DNA from: Methanocorpusculum labreanum Z
Lineage (GTDB): Archaea > Halobacteriota > Methanomicrobia > Methanomicrobiales > Methanocorpusculaceae
NCBI RefSeq assembly: GCF_000015765.1
Contig: NC_008942.1
Location: 355,921-387,920 of the forward strand
Direction: 5' to 3'
Length of the DNA: 32,000 nt
The notes under the pieces were generated by a model. The model saw only the letters and a program-made list of their open reading frames with translations. It had not been told where the DNA came from and searched no databases. The position numbers were made by a program, and so were the translations under genes. Shown here piece after piece: positions 1-8,620 of this stretch (the first letter of the stretch is position 1; each line of letters opens with the position of its first letter).

Positions 1-566
1 GAAAAATCGTGGACGGCCCGTCACCGAAGATGACGATGGTGTTCCAGGAATACTCGCTCTATCCGTGGCGCACCGTCGCGGAAAATGTGGGTTTTGGTTT
101 GGAGATGATCGGCGTTCCAAAGGAGGAGAGGATCGCCGAAGTCAACAAGCGTCTTGCTCTGGTTGGGCTGACCGGATTTGGCGATAATTATCCTTACGAG
201 CTGTCGGGGGGTATGCGTCAGCGGGCTGCCGTTGCCCGGGCACTTGCTACTGATCCGGCGGTTATGCTGATGGATGAACCCTTTGGCGCGCTCGATGCGC
301 AGACCCGGAATAAAATGCAGCGTGAGCTTCTCCAGATCTGGGAAGAAACGAAAAAGACTATTCTTTTCGTTACGCATAGCGTTGATGAGGCAGTTTATCT
401 TTCAGATAAAATTGTCATTCTCACACCTCGTCCTGGAAGAATTTACGAAATATATCCAAATCCACTGCCAAGACCGCGTGATAGAACCAGTATTGAGTTT
501 GCTAAACTCAGAAAAGATGTTCTCGCAGAAATCGAGAAACTAGAGGGGGAGAATAAGAACCTTTAA
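1..566 (+). CDS. ABC transporter ATP-binding protein, NitT/TauT (SsuB/TauB-like) family; 5' end cut by window edge
   Basis: The frame is open from the window edge, and the track start at 9 is an internal GTG. Motifs seen: Q-loop MVFQ, ABC signature LSGGMRQR, Walker B MLMDEPFGALD, H-loop VTHS. Stop TAA at 564-566. Confidence 0.85.
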   Translation, partial: KIVDGPSPKMTMVFQEYSLYPWRTVAENVGFGLEMIGVPKEERIAEVNKRLALVGLTGFGDNYPYELSGGMRQRAAVARALATDPAVMLMDEPFGALDAQTRNKMQRELLQIWEETKKTILFVTHSVDEAVYLSDKIVILTPRPGRIYEIYPNPLPRPRDRTSIEFAKLRKDVLAEIEKLEGENKNL

Positions 567-621
567 TATGGTTTCCAACCAACCTGATTTGCACATTTAA
601 GAGAGCTAGGAGTAATTAAAA

Positions 622-1122
622 ATGGTAAGAAAGCCAGCACGAATGTATCGCAACCTTGCCAAAAAGGCCTACTGCCGCCGTGAATACATGGGTGGTGTAC
701 CGGGTCTTAAGGTTGTACAGTTTGATATGGGTAACCTCTCCGAGGATTTCCCGGTCGCCATCCATCTTGAAGCACTTGAAGCATGCCAGATCCGTCACAC
801 GGCAATGGAAGCTGCACGTATCAATATGAACAGACGTCTTATGAAGACCGTCGGAAGAAACAACTTCCACTTAAAAATCAGAGCATACCCGCACCACGTT
901 CTTCGTGAACACAAGCAGGCAACCGGAGCTGGTGCAGACCGTGTTTCCGAGGGTATGAGACTTGCATTCGGTAAAGCAGTCGGAACTGCAGCCCGTGTTG
1001 CACCAAGACAGCGTGTTTTTACCGTCTGGACAACCCCGCAGTATGTCGATCAGGCAAAGGATGCACTCCTCCACAGCGGATACAAACTCCCGACTCCGGT
1101 CCGGGTAATTGTTGAGAACTAA
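622..1122 (+). CDS. rpl10e: 50S ribosomal protein L10e (uL16)
   Basis: ATG at 622 is preceded by a GGAG Shine-Dalgarno-like sequence. The N-terminus [10 protein letters not shown]...[12 protein letters not shown] and overall length are typical of archaeal/eukaryotic L10e. Confidence 0.9.
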
Positions 1123-1159
1123 GGCTTTTGCCAAAGCTCTCAATTTATGATACTTTTTT
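1123..1159 (+). terminator. Putative terminator after rpl10e (short hairpin plus T6)
   Basis: A GGCTTT/AAAGCT stem with one G-U pair lies at 1123-1138. A TTTTTT run follows at 1154-1159. Archaeal RNAP terminates at oligo-T. Confidence 0.35.
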
Positions 1160-1453
1160 GGAGATATTGTAGATTGTTTTGAGCAGAGGATTCTCTGATT
1201 CTGCACGTTTATGTGGATTCTGCATGTTCGAGAGATTCACGAAACCCTCCGCGGGATGCATGCGCCGCATTTTGCATCGTGTAGTGATCAGTCTCTAATC
1301 TTGGGCATCTTATTCAAAGAGATTGCGACACAGTTTTTCCATCTGCGCCTTAATTTGTAGATTTCTTCCATGCTGCGAAGATTACGGCAGGATATGCCGT
1401 CCTTTTTTTGTGGGAGGATAATCTTCTTACACTCTCCGCGGCAATGTTTGGTT

Positions 1454-2149
1454 ATGCACTTTATGGATGGGTTCCTGCCCATTGGCTGGTGTGTTTTCTG
1501 GGCCGTTCTGGCAGCTCCGTTTCTCATCTACGGTATGTGGAAAATAACGAAAATGATCAATAATGACAGGCATGTCCTTCCTTTGATGGCAGTATGCGGA
1601 GCGTTTATATTCGTGGTTTCTTTAGTGGATATCCCGTCGCCGACCGGGAGCTGCTCCCACCCGACGGGGACCGGTCTCTCGGCTTCGTTCTTTGGACCGG
1701 CCGTCACGTCGGTTCTCGGTCTGATCATTCTCGTGTTCCAGGCGCTTTTGCTTGGACACGGAGGATTCACCACACTTGGGGCCACCGCCTTTTCGATGGC
1801 GGTTATGGGGCCTTTAGCCGCATGGCTGGTTTTTAAGGGCCTTCGAAAAACCGGCCGGGTCCCTCTTGGACCGGCGGTTTTCTGTGCGGCGGTTGTTGCC
1901 AACTGTGTGACCTATCTCATAACCTCTCTCCAGATAGCCCTGGCATATCCGGTCGAAGGCAGTGTTCTGACCGCTTTTCTTGCGGCAGCGGCCGTTTTTG
2001 CCGTAGTTCAGATCCCGATCTCGATCATCGAAGGGATCATCAGCGGACTTGTTGCGACCTATATCGCCCGCATAAAACCGGAAATTTTGCAGAAACTCGG
2101 CGTCATCTCAGGCGAAGAGGTCAAAAAAGTTCTCAGTGAACAGGCATGA
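1454..2149 (+). CDS. cbiM: CbiM/NikM-type substrate-capture component of an ECF cobalt/nickel transporter
   Basis: I place the start at ATG 1454, giving N-terminus MHFMDGFLP. CbiM/NikM needs Met1-His2 at the mature N-terminus for metal binding. The product is a multi-TM protein containing HPTGTG. The track ORF from 1370 is an upstream in-frame extension. Confidence 0.8.
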   Translation: MHFMDGFLPIGWCVFWAVLAAPFLIYGMWKITKMINNDRHVLPLMAVCGAFIFVVSLVDIPSPTGSCSHPTGTGLSASFFGPAVTSVLGLIILVFQALLLGHGGFTTLGATAFSMAVMGPLAAWLVFKGLRKTGRVPLGPAVFCAAVVANCVTYLITSLQIALAYPVEGSVLTAFLAAAAVFAVVQIPISIIEGIISGLVATYIARIKPEILQKLGVISGEEVKKVLSEQA

Positions 2150-2224
2150 TGCGGCTTTGGCCCAATCCCTCTCAATCGTGAAAAAAACAGGAAATTATAT
2201 TACCTAATGTAGATATCTATCTCT

Positions 2225-2515
2225 ATGTTCAATCCGTTTAAGAAATCCAATTCCGATCAGGAAGCTGAAATGGAAGAGTATGACGAGTTCGATGAGTATG
2301 ATGAATCCGTTGTCATCTGGGAGCGGTACAACACCAAGACCGGCGAGGTGGAAGAGACCCTGGAGCTGGAATGCTATGATGAAGATGGTCTCGAAGCCAT
2401 GGAAACGCTCACCGATGTGAAAAAACCGAACGGTGAGTGGCAGGGATACCGGTACGTGTACATCTCGAACGGTGTGGAAAAACACATCCGTCCAAAAGAC
2501 AACAAATACCCCTGA
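2225..2515 (+). CDS. Small acidic hypothetical protein (96 aa)
   Basis: Clean ATG-to-stop ORF with a D/E-rich N-terminal half. It ends 18 nt before the PhzF-like start, which suggests co-transcription. I recognise no family. Confidence 0.45.
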   Translation: MFNPFKKSNSDQEAEMEEYDEFDEYDESVVIWERYNTKTGEVEETLELECYDEDGLEAMETLTDVKKPNGEWQGYRYVYISNGVEKHIRPKDNKYP

Positions 2516-2532
2516 TATTTTCGGGGTGCGTT

Positions 2533-3407
2533 ATGGAGACATACCGATATCGAAAAGCAGATGCATTCACCTCGGATGCTTCCAACGGCAATCCTGCCGC
2601 CTGCCTTTTTTGGACGAAAACCAGACCCTTTCAGAAGACGCTATGCTGGAGATAGCAAAGCAGCACAGAGGTTTCGTCTCGGAAGTGATCTATTGTAAAA
2701 GTCACGACGGTATTTTTCTCACATACTACTCTTCCGAAGGCGAGGTAAGTTTCTGTGGGCACGGAACGATCGCCTGCATGTATACGCTGATCAAGAACAC
2801 GCCTGGCCTTTTTTCATGCAGCGAGATCCCCATACATACGAACAAAAAAGGGCAGCTCACCGTCTATAACAGAATCGCGGATGAGGACGCCGTATTTATC
2901 TCCGCTCCAAACCCAGGTTATCTCCCCACCGGTTTAAAACCGGAGGATACTGCTGCGCCGCTTGATTTGTGCGATGAGGATCTCAGTCGGGAGTTCCCTC
3001 TCGAGGTCATCGATGCCGGACTAAGGACATTGATCGTGCCGGTAAAATCTTTCCAAAAACTCGTCTCCATCTATCCGGATGAACCGTGTCTCAAGAAGTT
3101 CTGCCTGCAAAACGATATCGACATCATCCTGATCTTTTCCTTGAATCCGGCCGATCCGGAAAATATTGCCCATACACGGGTTTTTGCTCCGAGGTTCGGG
3201 TACCTGGAAGATCCCGCGACCGGGTCTGGGAACAGCGCATTCGGCTACTACATGCTCAAACACGGCATATGGGACGGGTCGTCGTGTTCCCTCGAACAGG
3301 GGGGAGACGACCGGGAATTTAACAGAATCAAACTTCGGTTCCAGGATGATGTCCTGCTGTTTGGCGGGAAAGCTACGACCCGCATCGACGGCGTGTATTA
3401 TTATTAA
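2533..3407 (+). pseudogene. PhzF-family isomerase/epimerase-like gene, frameshifted at a T6 tract (2606-2611)
   Basis: The N-terminal motif METYRYRKADAFTSDASNGNPAACLF is in frame 1 from ATG 2533. The rest of the protein (LDENQTLSEDAMLEIAKQ...SFCGHGTIA...) continues in the -1 frame to stop 3407. One extra T in the tract would restore a single ORF. Confidence 0.7.
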
Positions 3408-3494
3408 GCGGGATCACTCCAATTTTTGGAATTGCCGCGTCATCTAGCGAATCAAATAAAATAAGAAAAACACCGTGAAAAGAAGAGAATGATA

Positions 3495-3566
3495 AGCCGT
3501 CGGAGGGACTTGAACCCTCGGCCTGCTGATTACGAATCAGCCGCTATACCGCTAAGCCACGACGGC
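3495..3566 (-). tRNA. tRNA-Thr (anticodon CGU)
   Basis: The reverse complement folds by hand into a cloverleaf: acceptor GCCGTCG/CGACGGC, anticodon arm GCTGA-TTCGTAA-TCAGC, T arm GAGGG-TTCAAGT-CCCTC. The discriminator is U and no CCA is encoded. Confidence 0.9.
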
Positions 3567-3617
3567 ACATTATGTGCTTAAACACATTGCCTGTTAGACA
3601 ATAAATAAGTTATTGAT

Positions 3618-3911
3618 TTATGAATATCCCTGCAGCGTCGCGGTGTCGGATCCATCGGCATGCGCCCCGCCGGTGATTTGTCCGAACTTCGCCTCGTAGT
3701 CTTTCACGCTCTTATCCAAAGCTGCCAGAAGTTTCTTCGCATGCGTCGGGCTGATCGCTACGATAGCCTTGGCTTTTGCCTGATTTGCCATTGGAAGCTG
3801 GTGTAAAAACATCATCGTGAACTCATCATCCTTGAATGCGATCTGGATCATATTGCTGTACACGGGATCAAGGTTTTGAGGGATCTGAATGTTGAGTTCG
3901 TTACCTGCCAT
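3618..3911 (-). CDS. DUF3467-family small protein (97 aa)
   Basis: I place the start at ATG 3911 (MAGNELNIQIPQNLDPVYSN...). The pattern VYSN..(x)..F..DEF...F...AKAIVAISP.HAKKLL.AL...V..YE..FG matches my memory of DUF3467. The longer track ORF to 4187 overlaps the divergent gene. Confidence 0.55.
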   Translation of the reverse strand: MAGNELNIQIPQNLDPVYSNMIQIAFKDDEFTMMFLHQLPMANQAKAKAIVAISPTHAKKLLAALDKSVKDYEAKFGQITGGAHADGSDTATLQGYS

Positions 3912-3956
3912 AATTATTAATAGTGCGTTAGACGAACTTATGTTTATGGAGTCGTC

Positions 3957-4640
3957 ATGCCGGTCGAAAAAATCTCTGTAACAGATGTGGTGAAAGCAGG
4001 CACCTGTCCCATGCAGCTTTACCTGGCAAAATCCACCGATACCCCCTACGAAGAGCCGATTAAATATACGGTTGCAAAACAACTTTCCTATTATCTTGGC
4101 GATATTCTCTCGACCGAGGATGTCTGGGAGCAAGGGCTGAAAAATATGGTGCCCGAGGATCAGCCCGCGCTTACCTACCTCGAACAAATGGTCGCTGCCT
4201 GCAGCAAACTGACCTGGCGTCAGGCCGAGCGGTATGATGTTTCTGTTTTTTCTGAAAAATACGGTATGTGCGGGAAGGTTGACCGATTCTTCGACGACAG
4301 TTTTTCTCTGGTAAAAAGCGGAAACGCGCCTACCCGCGGCGTCTATCTTTCTGATCGTCTTAGGGTGGTCTGCTATGCGGTATGTCTTGAAGATATGTTT
4401 GGAAAACCGTTCTACGGGCGCGTCGAGTATCTCGGGTCAGGGACGATACGCAGTGTCGTAGTCGAGCCGCAGGATCGGCGTGCATTATTCCTTGCACTAA
4501 GGGCAGCAGAGAAAGTGCTTGCAGGCGGGATTCCGAAAGTTGTCCGGGGTCCATACTGCACCCGGTGTAAATTTGTTGAAACCTGCTCCGCTGTTGAAAA
4601 ACCAAAATCTCTCTTTTCCAAAATGATGTCAAAGGCATAA
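3957..4640 (+). CDS. Cas4/DUF83-like PD-(D/E)XK superfamily protein with 4-Cys Fe-S signature (stand-alone)
   Basis: An N-terminal Cys (GTCPMQLYL) plus C-terminal CTRCKFVETC (C-x2-C-x5-C) gives the 4-Cys signature. The core reads GKVDRF...SLVKSG...RVVCYAVCLE, which resembles Cas4 motifs. The E of ExK is L and the Q of QxxxY is R. Confidence 0.5.
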   Translation: MPVEKISVTDVVKAGTCPMQLYLAKSTDTPYEEPIKYTVAKQLSYYLGDILSTEDVWEQGLKNMVPEDQPALTYLEQMVAACSKLTWRQAERYDVSVFSEKYGMCGKVDRFFDDSFSLVKSGNAPTRGVYLSDRLRVVCYAVCLEDMFGKPFYGRVEYLGSGTIRSVVVEPQDRRALFLALRAAEKVLAGGIPKVVRGPYCTRCKFVETCSAVEKPKSLFSKMMSKA

Positions 4641-4676
4641 TATACATATTTTGAGGTGAAAAATAGTAAGATAATA

Positions 4677-5375
4677 ATGACCTTTGAACTCTCGGAAGAT
4701 ATTCTCGAAGCAATACTCAATACCGGCAAAGAGACGGTAAAGGTCTCGAATCTGGAGGATATGGCACACGGCGACACTGATAAGTTCAGCAAAGCGCTTA
4801 CCTGCCTCAAAGACAAAGGCTACGTCACCGAATCGGCAAAAGGACTTTCTCTCACGGACAAGGGCGCAGTGAAAGCGGCCCAGGTGGCGCGCAAACATGC
4901 GGTGCTGACCAGTTTCCTCACCGACGTTCTCGGCACCGAACCAGATCATGCTTCAAAGGAAGCATGCCAGATGGAACACAGCATCTCCACCGAGACGATC
5001 GACCGTCTCGACACATTCCTGGAAAACCGGGGTCCGGGACACAAACCTGGACACGGACGAACATGGGGAAGAAGGGCAGCCCGAACAGAGCATCCCGTAA
5101 TGCAGGAACATGAAGGACATGCCGGCCTTACAAAACGCAATCCGATCGTTTCCTTATCCGAGTGCGAGGAAGGCTCTCTTCTGCATGTCTCCATGATCCG
5201 GTGTTTTGGTAAACACAGCAGGCTCATCGATCTCGGCGTGATTCCCGGGGAACTGATCACACTTCGGCGAAAACTCGACAATCACGCTGTTGTAATCACC
5301 GTCAAAGGATGCGACATCGCCCTAAGTCCCGAGGTTGCCGAGAATATTATGGTCGAGCGGTGCAACACGCAATGA
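4677..5375 (+). CDS. DtxR/MntR-family metal-dependent regulator with C-terminal FeoA (SH3-like) domain
   Basis: N-terminal wHTH region followed by ARKHAVLTSFL...EACQMEHSIS, a DtxR-like C-x2-E-H metal site. A His/Gly-rich linker leads to a C-terminal FeoA-like LSECEEGSLLHV...LGVIPGELITL...VKGCDIALSPEVAENIMVE. The start is ambiguous between GTG 4656 and ATG 4677. The stop overlaps the feoB ATG. Confidence 0.7.
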   Translation: MTFELSEDILEAILNTGKETVKVSNLEDMAHGDTDKFSKALTCLKDKGYVTESAKGLSLTDKGAVKAAQVARKHAVLTSFLTDVLGTEPDHASKEACQMEHSISTETIDRLDTFLENRGPGHKPGHGRTWGRRAARTEHPVMQEHEGHAGLTKRNPIVSLSECEEGSLLHVSMIRCFGKHSRLIDLGVIPGELITLRRKLDNHAVVITVKGCDIALSPEVAENIMVERCNTQ

Positions 5376-7246
5376 TGCGCCGCGCCGCCCTGCTCGGGAA
5401 TCCAAGTGTTGGAAAATCCCTCATCTTCAATCATCTGACCGGTCTTGGCGTCGAGGTGAGCAATTATCCGGGCACCACGGTCGGGCTGATGTCGGGAATC
5501 GTCCGCTACAACGAAACAGAGTTTTCGCTCACTGATCTGCCGGGCATCTATTCGCTGTCGGGAAAATCCGACGAGGAAAAACTCGTCAGAGAGTATCTCA
5601 TCACGGGTGACGCCGATCTGATCGTCGCGGTTTTGGATGCCAAACATCTGGAACGGAATCTGTATCTTCTTTTGCAGGCTGCCGAGATTCGAAAACCTCT
5701 GGTTATCGTTTTGAATATGATGGACGATGCGAGATCAGCCGGAAAAATCATCGATGCCGCCGCGCTTTCGGCGAAGTTCGGCGTTCCGGTGATCGAGACG
5801 ATCGCGACCGAGGGAAAAAATTTGGAGAAGATCGCCGACTACGTCATCGGCGACGAACTCCCCGTTCCAATAATCGTTCCGCGGTATGATCATCACATCG
5901 AAGCGGCGGCAAGAAATCTGCAGAAGTATCATAATCTCTCTTTGGCTGAAGCGCTCTTTGCACTGGAAAACGTTTCCTTGAGCACGCTGTCGCCGGAAGT
6001 TATGGAGAGTGCCGCCGCGATCTCGTCGGAGATCGAAAAACGCCACATGATGTCTCCCGATCAGATTATCGGGGCAAACCGGCACAACACGGCAAAAGCG
6101 ATTTCAGATGAGGTGACGACCTTAGCCCCCCAAAAGAAACGCCGTGATCTCGACTCACTTCTGACCCGCGGTTTTCCGGGGATTCCCATTTTGATCATCA
6201 CGATGGTTGGTATCCTCGCGATCGTTTTTCTCCTTGGAGGATTTCTGGAAGAGGCCATCATCAGCGTGATGACGACGTATCTCTTAGATCCTTTTCATGC
6301 GCTGAATCTCGCGCCGTTTTGGGATACGGTGGGCGGTGCGGTGATCCTTGCCCTTATGTCGGGTCTTGGGATCGCATTTCCGTATGTGTTTCTCTTCTAC
6401 ATCTTCATCTCGATTCTGGAAGACACCGGATATCTGACCCGGGCCGCTTTTCTTGCGGATCGGGGCATGCACCATCTCGGGCTTCATGGTCAGGGACTGA
6501 TCCCGCTTGTTCTCTCGTTTGGATGCAGTGTTCCGGCCATCATGAGCACGCGTTTTCTTCCGACCAGACGCGAGCGGATCATAGCCTCCGTTCTCGTGAC
6601 GATGCTTCCCTGCTCTGCGCGAACGGTCGTTATCTCAGGGATAGTCGCCTCATTCATCGGATTCGGCGCCGCATTCTCCATCTACGGTATCGTTTTCATT
6701 CTGGTCTTTGTTCTCGGCTGCGTTCTTTCCCGAATCACCCCGGGCGAGCAGTATGGGATGATCCTCGAAATGGCGCAGCTTCGCCGTCCGATCCCGAAGT
6801 ATGTGGTCAGGAAAGCCTGGATGCGGGTAAGCGAGTTCTTGTACATCGCGATGCCGCTTCTCTTGGTCAGCAGCGTGTTTCTGGGGATTTTTGAATACTT
6901 CGGCCTTGTTACGATGTTCGAGTCGTTCATCGATCCGATCTCAACGGCCGTTCTCGGGCTGCCGGGCTTTGCATTCACCGCTCTCATGTTTGGGATCCTT
7001 CGTAAAGAGATGGCGTTTGAAACGCTCGCGATCATGGGGGGAACAACCGATCTTGCCTCCATTCTCACAAGCAGCCAGTTGTATATTTTCGCGCTGGTGT
7101 GCGTTCTTTTCGTTCCCTGCATCTCGACGATCGCCGTTTTGATGAAGGAGATCGGGGTAAAGGCCGCCGCTCTCATCACGGTTTTTACGCTTCTGCTCGG
7201 CACCTCGCTAGGGGCACTTCTGCATTTTGTTTTCATGCTGGTGTGA
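5372..7246 (+). CDS. feoB: Ferrous iron transport protein B
   Basis: I place the start at ATG 5372, forming an ATGA overlap with the upstream stop at 5373-5375. G-domain motifs seen: GNPSVGKS, DLPG, NMMD. A polytopic membrane domain follows. The track start at 5309 is an in-frame extension. Confidence 0.9.
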   Translation: MMRRAALLGNPSVGKSLIFNHLTGLGVEVSNYPGTTVGLMSGIVRYNETEFSLTDLPGIYSLSGKSDEEKLVREYLITGDADLIVAVLDAKHLERNLYLLLQAAEIRKPLVIVLNMMDDARSAGKIIDAAALSAKFGVPVIETIATEGKNLEKIADYVIGDELPVPIIVPRYDHHIEAAARNLQKYHNLSLAEALFALENVSLSTLSPEVMESAAAISSEIEKRHMMSPDQIIGANRHNTAKAISDEVTTLAPQKKRRDLDSLLTRGFPGIPILIITMVGILAIVFLLGGFLEEAIISVMTTYLLDPFHALNLAPFWDTVGGAVILALMSGLGIAFPYVFLFYIFISILEDTGYLTRAAFLADRGMHHLGLHGQGLIPLVLSFGCSVPAIMSTRFLPTRRERIIASVLVTMLPCSARTVVISGIVASFIGFGAAFSIYGIVFILVFVLGCVLSRITPGEQYGMILEMAQLRRPIPKYVVRKAWMRVSEFLYIAMPLLLVSSVFLGIFEYFGLVTMFESFIDPISTAVLGLPGFAFTALMFGILRKEMAFETLAIMGGTTDLASILTSSQLYIFALVCVLFVPCISTIAVLMKEIGVKAAALITVFTLLLGTSLGALLHFVFMLV

Positions 7247-7307
7247 GCGGGGATTCCCCCTTCCCTCAATAAAAATAACATGACCGAGAGCCAACAAGTG
7301 AGTAACA

Positions 7308-8066
7308 ATGCTGACTTTTATCGGGCTTGGCCTCTTTGACGAATATGATGTATCGGTCCGGGGTCTGGATGCTATAAAATCCGCCGACACGGTTTTTCTG
7401 GAAGTGTACACCTCGGTTCTTATGGGTGCCCCGATCGAACGGCTCGAAGCGTTCTACGGCAAGAAAATCACGCCTTTGTACCGGGAGGATGTGGAGATCC
7501 ATGCAGATAAGATCCTCGATGCGGCAGAGTTTGGAAATGCGGTTTTTCTGACCGCCGGCGATTCCATGGTCGCAACGACCCATTCGGATCTTCGTATCCG
7601 GGCGGCCGACCGGAATATCCCGACGACCATCATTCACGGCGCCTCGATAACGACCGCGGTCTGCGGTCTTTCCGGTCTGCAGAACTACCGGTTCGGCAAA
7701 TCGGTTTCCGTACCGTTTCCGTACGGGAAATGGTTCCCGATGACTCCAATAGAAGTCATCTCGGCAAATCTCAAGGAAAATCTTCATACGCTGGTGTTTC
7801 TGGATATTCAAAAGGACAAGGAACGCTACATGAAGATCTCCGAGGCCGTCGATCTTCTGGAAGAGCAGGCACGCCGCGTGGATGCCGGGATCCCTCTGTA
7901 TGTAGGTATCGCCCGGGCCGGTTCACCGGAGCCTACGGTGCATGCAGGAAATGCCGAAGAGATGAAGGCGTTTGATTTCGGTTCTCCCCTGCACATTTTA
8001 ATCGTTCCGGCAACACTTCACGAAATTGAGCGCGAGTATCTGGAGAGGTTTGCGGGTCTATGCTGA
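7308..8066 (+). CDS. dphB: Diphthine synthase
   Basis: MLTFIGLGL...[10 protein letters not shown]...[13 protein letters not shown] matches the tetrapyrrole-methylase fold signature of archaeal diphthine synthase. Length is 252 aa. Confidence 0.85.
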   Translation: MLTFIGLGLFDEYDVSVRGLDAIKSADTVFLEVYTSVLMGAPIERLEAFYGKKITPLYREDVEIHADKILDAAEFGNAVFLTAGDSMVATTHSDLRIRAADRNIPTTIIHGASITTAVCGLSGLQNYRFGKSVSVPFPYGKWFPMTPIEVISANLKENLHTLVFLDIQKDKERYMKISEAVDLLEEQARRVDAGIPLYVGIARAGSPEPTVHAGNAEEMKAFDFGSPLHILIVPATLHEIEREYLERFAGLC

Positions 8067-8620
8067 TCGATGCATATGGGAAGACCTTTGCTGAGGATTC
8101 GTGTTCTGAAAAGACCGTTTCGGAAGGCACCGTTCTTGGACAGACCGCGGACGAGATCCTCGAGATGGTTTCCTGTTATGCATCGGACGGTAGGGTTTTT
8201 TACAAAAAAGGTGATCTGGTCAATGCCGTCGCCTCGTTTGCCTACGGATACGGCTGGCTGGATGCCGGACGCTTTCTTGGATATCTTGCCGGTTCGCCGT
8301 CGGTTCCTCCAAAGATCGAGGAACGTCTCCCCGATTCTCTTTTTGAACATCTTTCCGAGAAGACCTACCGGTATCAGAGGATGCTGACGAGCGCTTTGGA
8401 GGACGTCTCTCCCTCGCCCGATTCTGAAACGGTGATGTATGCCGCGGCGTGCAGTATTTTAAAAACCGCCGGCTCGTATCTTGCACGAGGGGGTGTATAT
8501 CTTCCCGACGATCTTATCAACGCTCTGATCTTCTTTTCCTACGGATACGGCTGGCTGGACTGCGGGGTTCGTGCCGGTCTGTTTTCGATTTCCGGAGACC
8601 GGCATCTGTTTACTATCTAA
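8060..8620 (+). CDS. DUF357-like protein with internal tandem duplication
   Basis: Two copies of one motif are visible: [23 protein letters not shown] and [26 protein letters not shown] 8060 overlaps the dphB stop by 7 nt. Confidence 0.5.
   Translation: MLIDAYGKTFAEDSCSEKTVSEGTVLGQTADEILEMVSCYASDGRVFYKKGDLVNAVASFAYGYGWLDAGRFLGYLAGSPSVPPKIEERLPDSLFEHLSEKTYRYQRMLTSALEDVSPSPDSETVMYAAACSILKTAGSYLARGGVYLPDDLINALIFFSYGYGWLDCGVRAGLFSISGDRHLFTI

Noticed and set aside
1370-1453. Upstream in-frame extensions of track ORFs: cbiM from 1370, DUF3467 to 4187, feoB from 5309, ribB to 17634, ribL from 30137, PhzF body from 2433
   Set aside because: Family-typical N-termini ([51 protein letters not shown]) begin at internal ATGs. 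Several of these create ATGA overlaps with the preceding gene. The extensions have no conservation-like features.
2297-2320. ATGATGA followed 12 nt later by CTGG inside the small acidic ORF (C/D-box-like)
   Set aside because: The D' position reads CTGG rather than CTGA. There are no C'/D boxes or terminal stem, and the motif lies in coding sequence rich in GAT/GAA codons.
2606-2611. Programmed -1 ribosomal frameshift at the PhzF T6 tract
   Set aside because: The zero-frame codons CTT TTT TGG do not form a canonical X-XXY-YYZ slippery heptamer. I saw no convincing downstream stimulatory structure. A homopolymer indel or sequencing error is the simpler explanation.
3408-3617. Integrated element or att site at tRNA-Thr (and likewise at tRNA-Val, 19989-20062)
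   Set aside because: The window has no integrase or transposase gene. I could not find a direct repeat of either tRNA 3' end elsewhere in the window.
3957-4640. CRISPR-Cas locus implied by the Cas4-like gene
   Set aside because: No repeat-spacer array and no other cas gene occurs anywhere in the 32 kb, so I treat the gene as a stand-alone Cas4-family protein.
7247-7270. GGGGA-t-TCCCC palindrome after feoB as a terminator
   Set aside because: A 1-nt loop is sterically impossible for an RNA hairpin, and no oligo-T follows.
6682-7308. 208-aa minus-strand ORF antisense to feoB
   Set aside because: It is a shadow ORF inside the FeoB membrane domain with no independent signals. The other antisense ORFs at 5735-6085 and 6490-6681 are rejected for the same reason.
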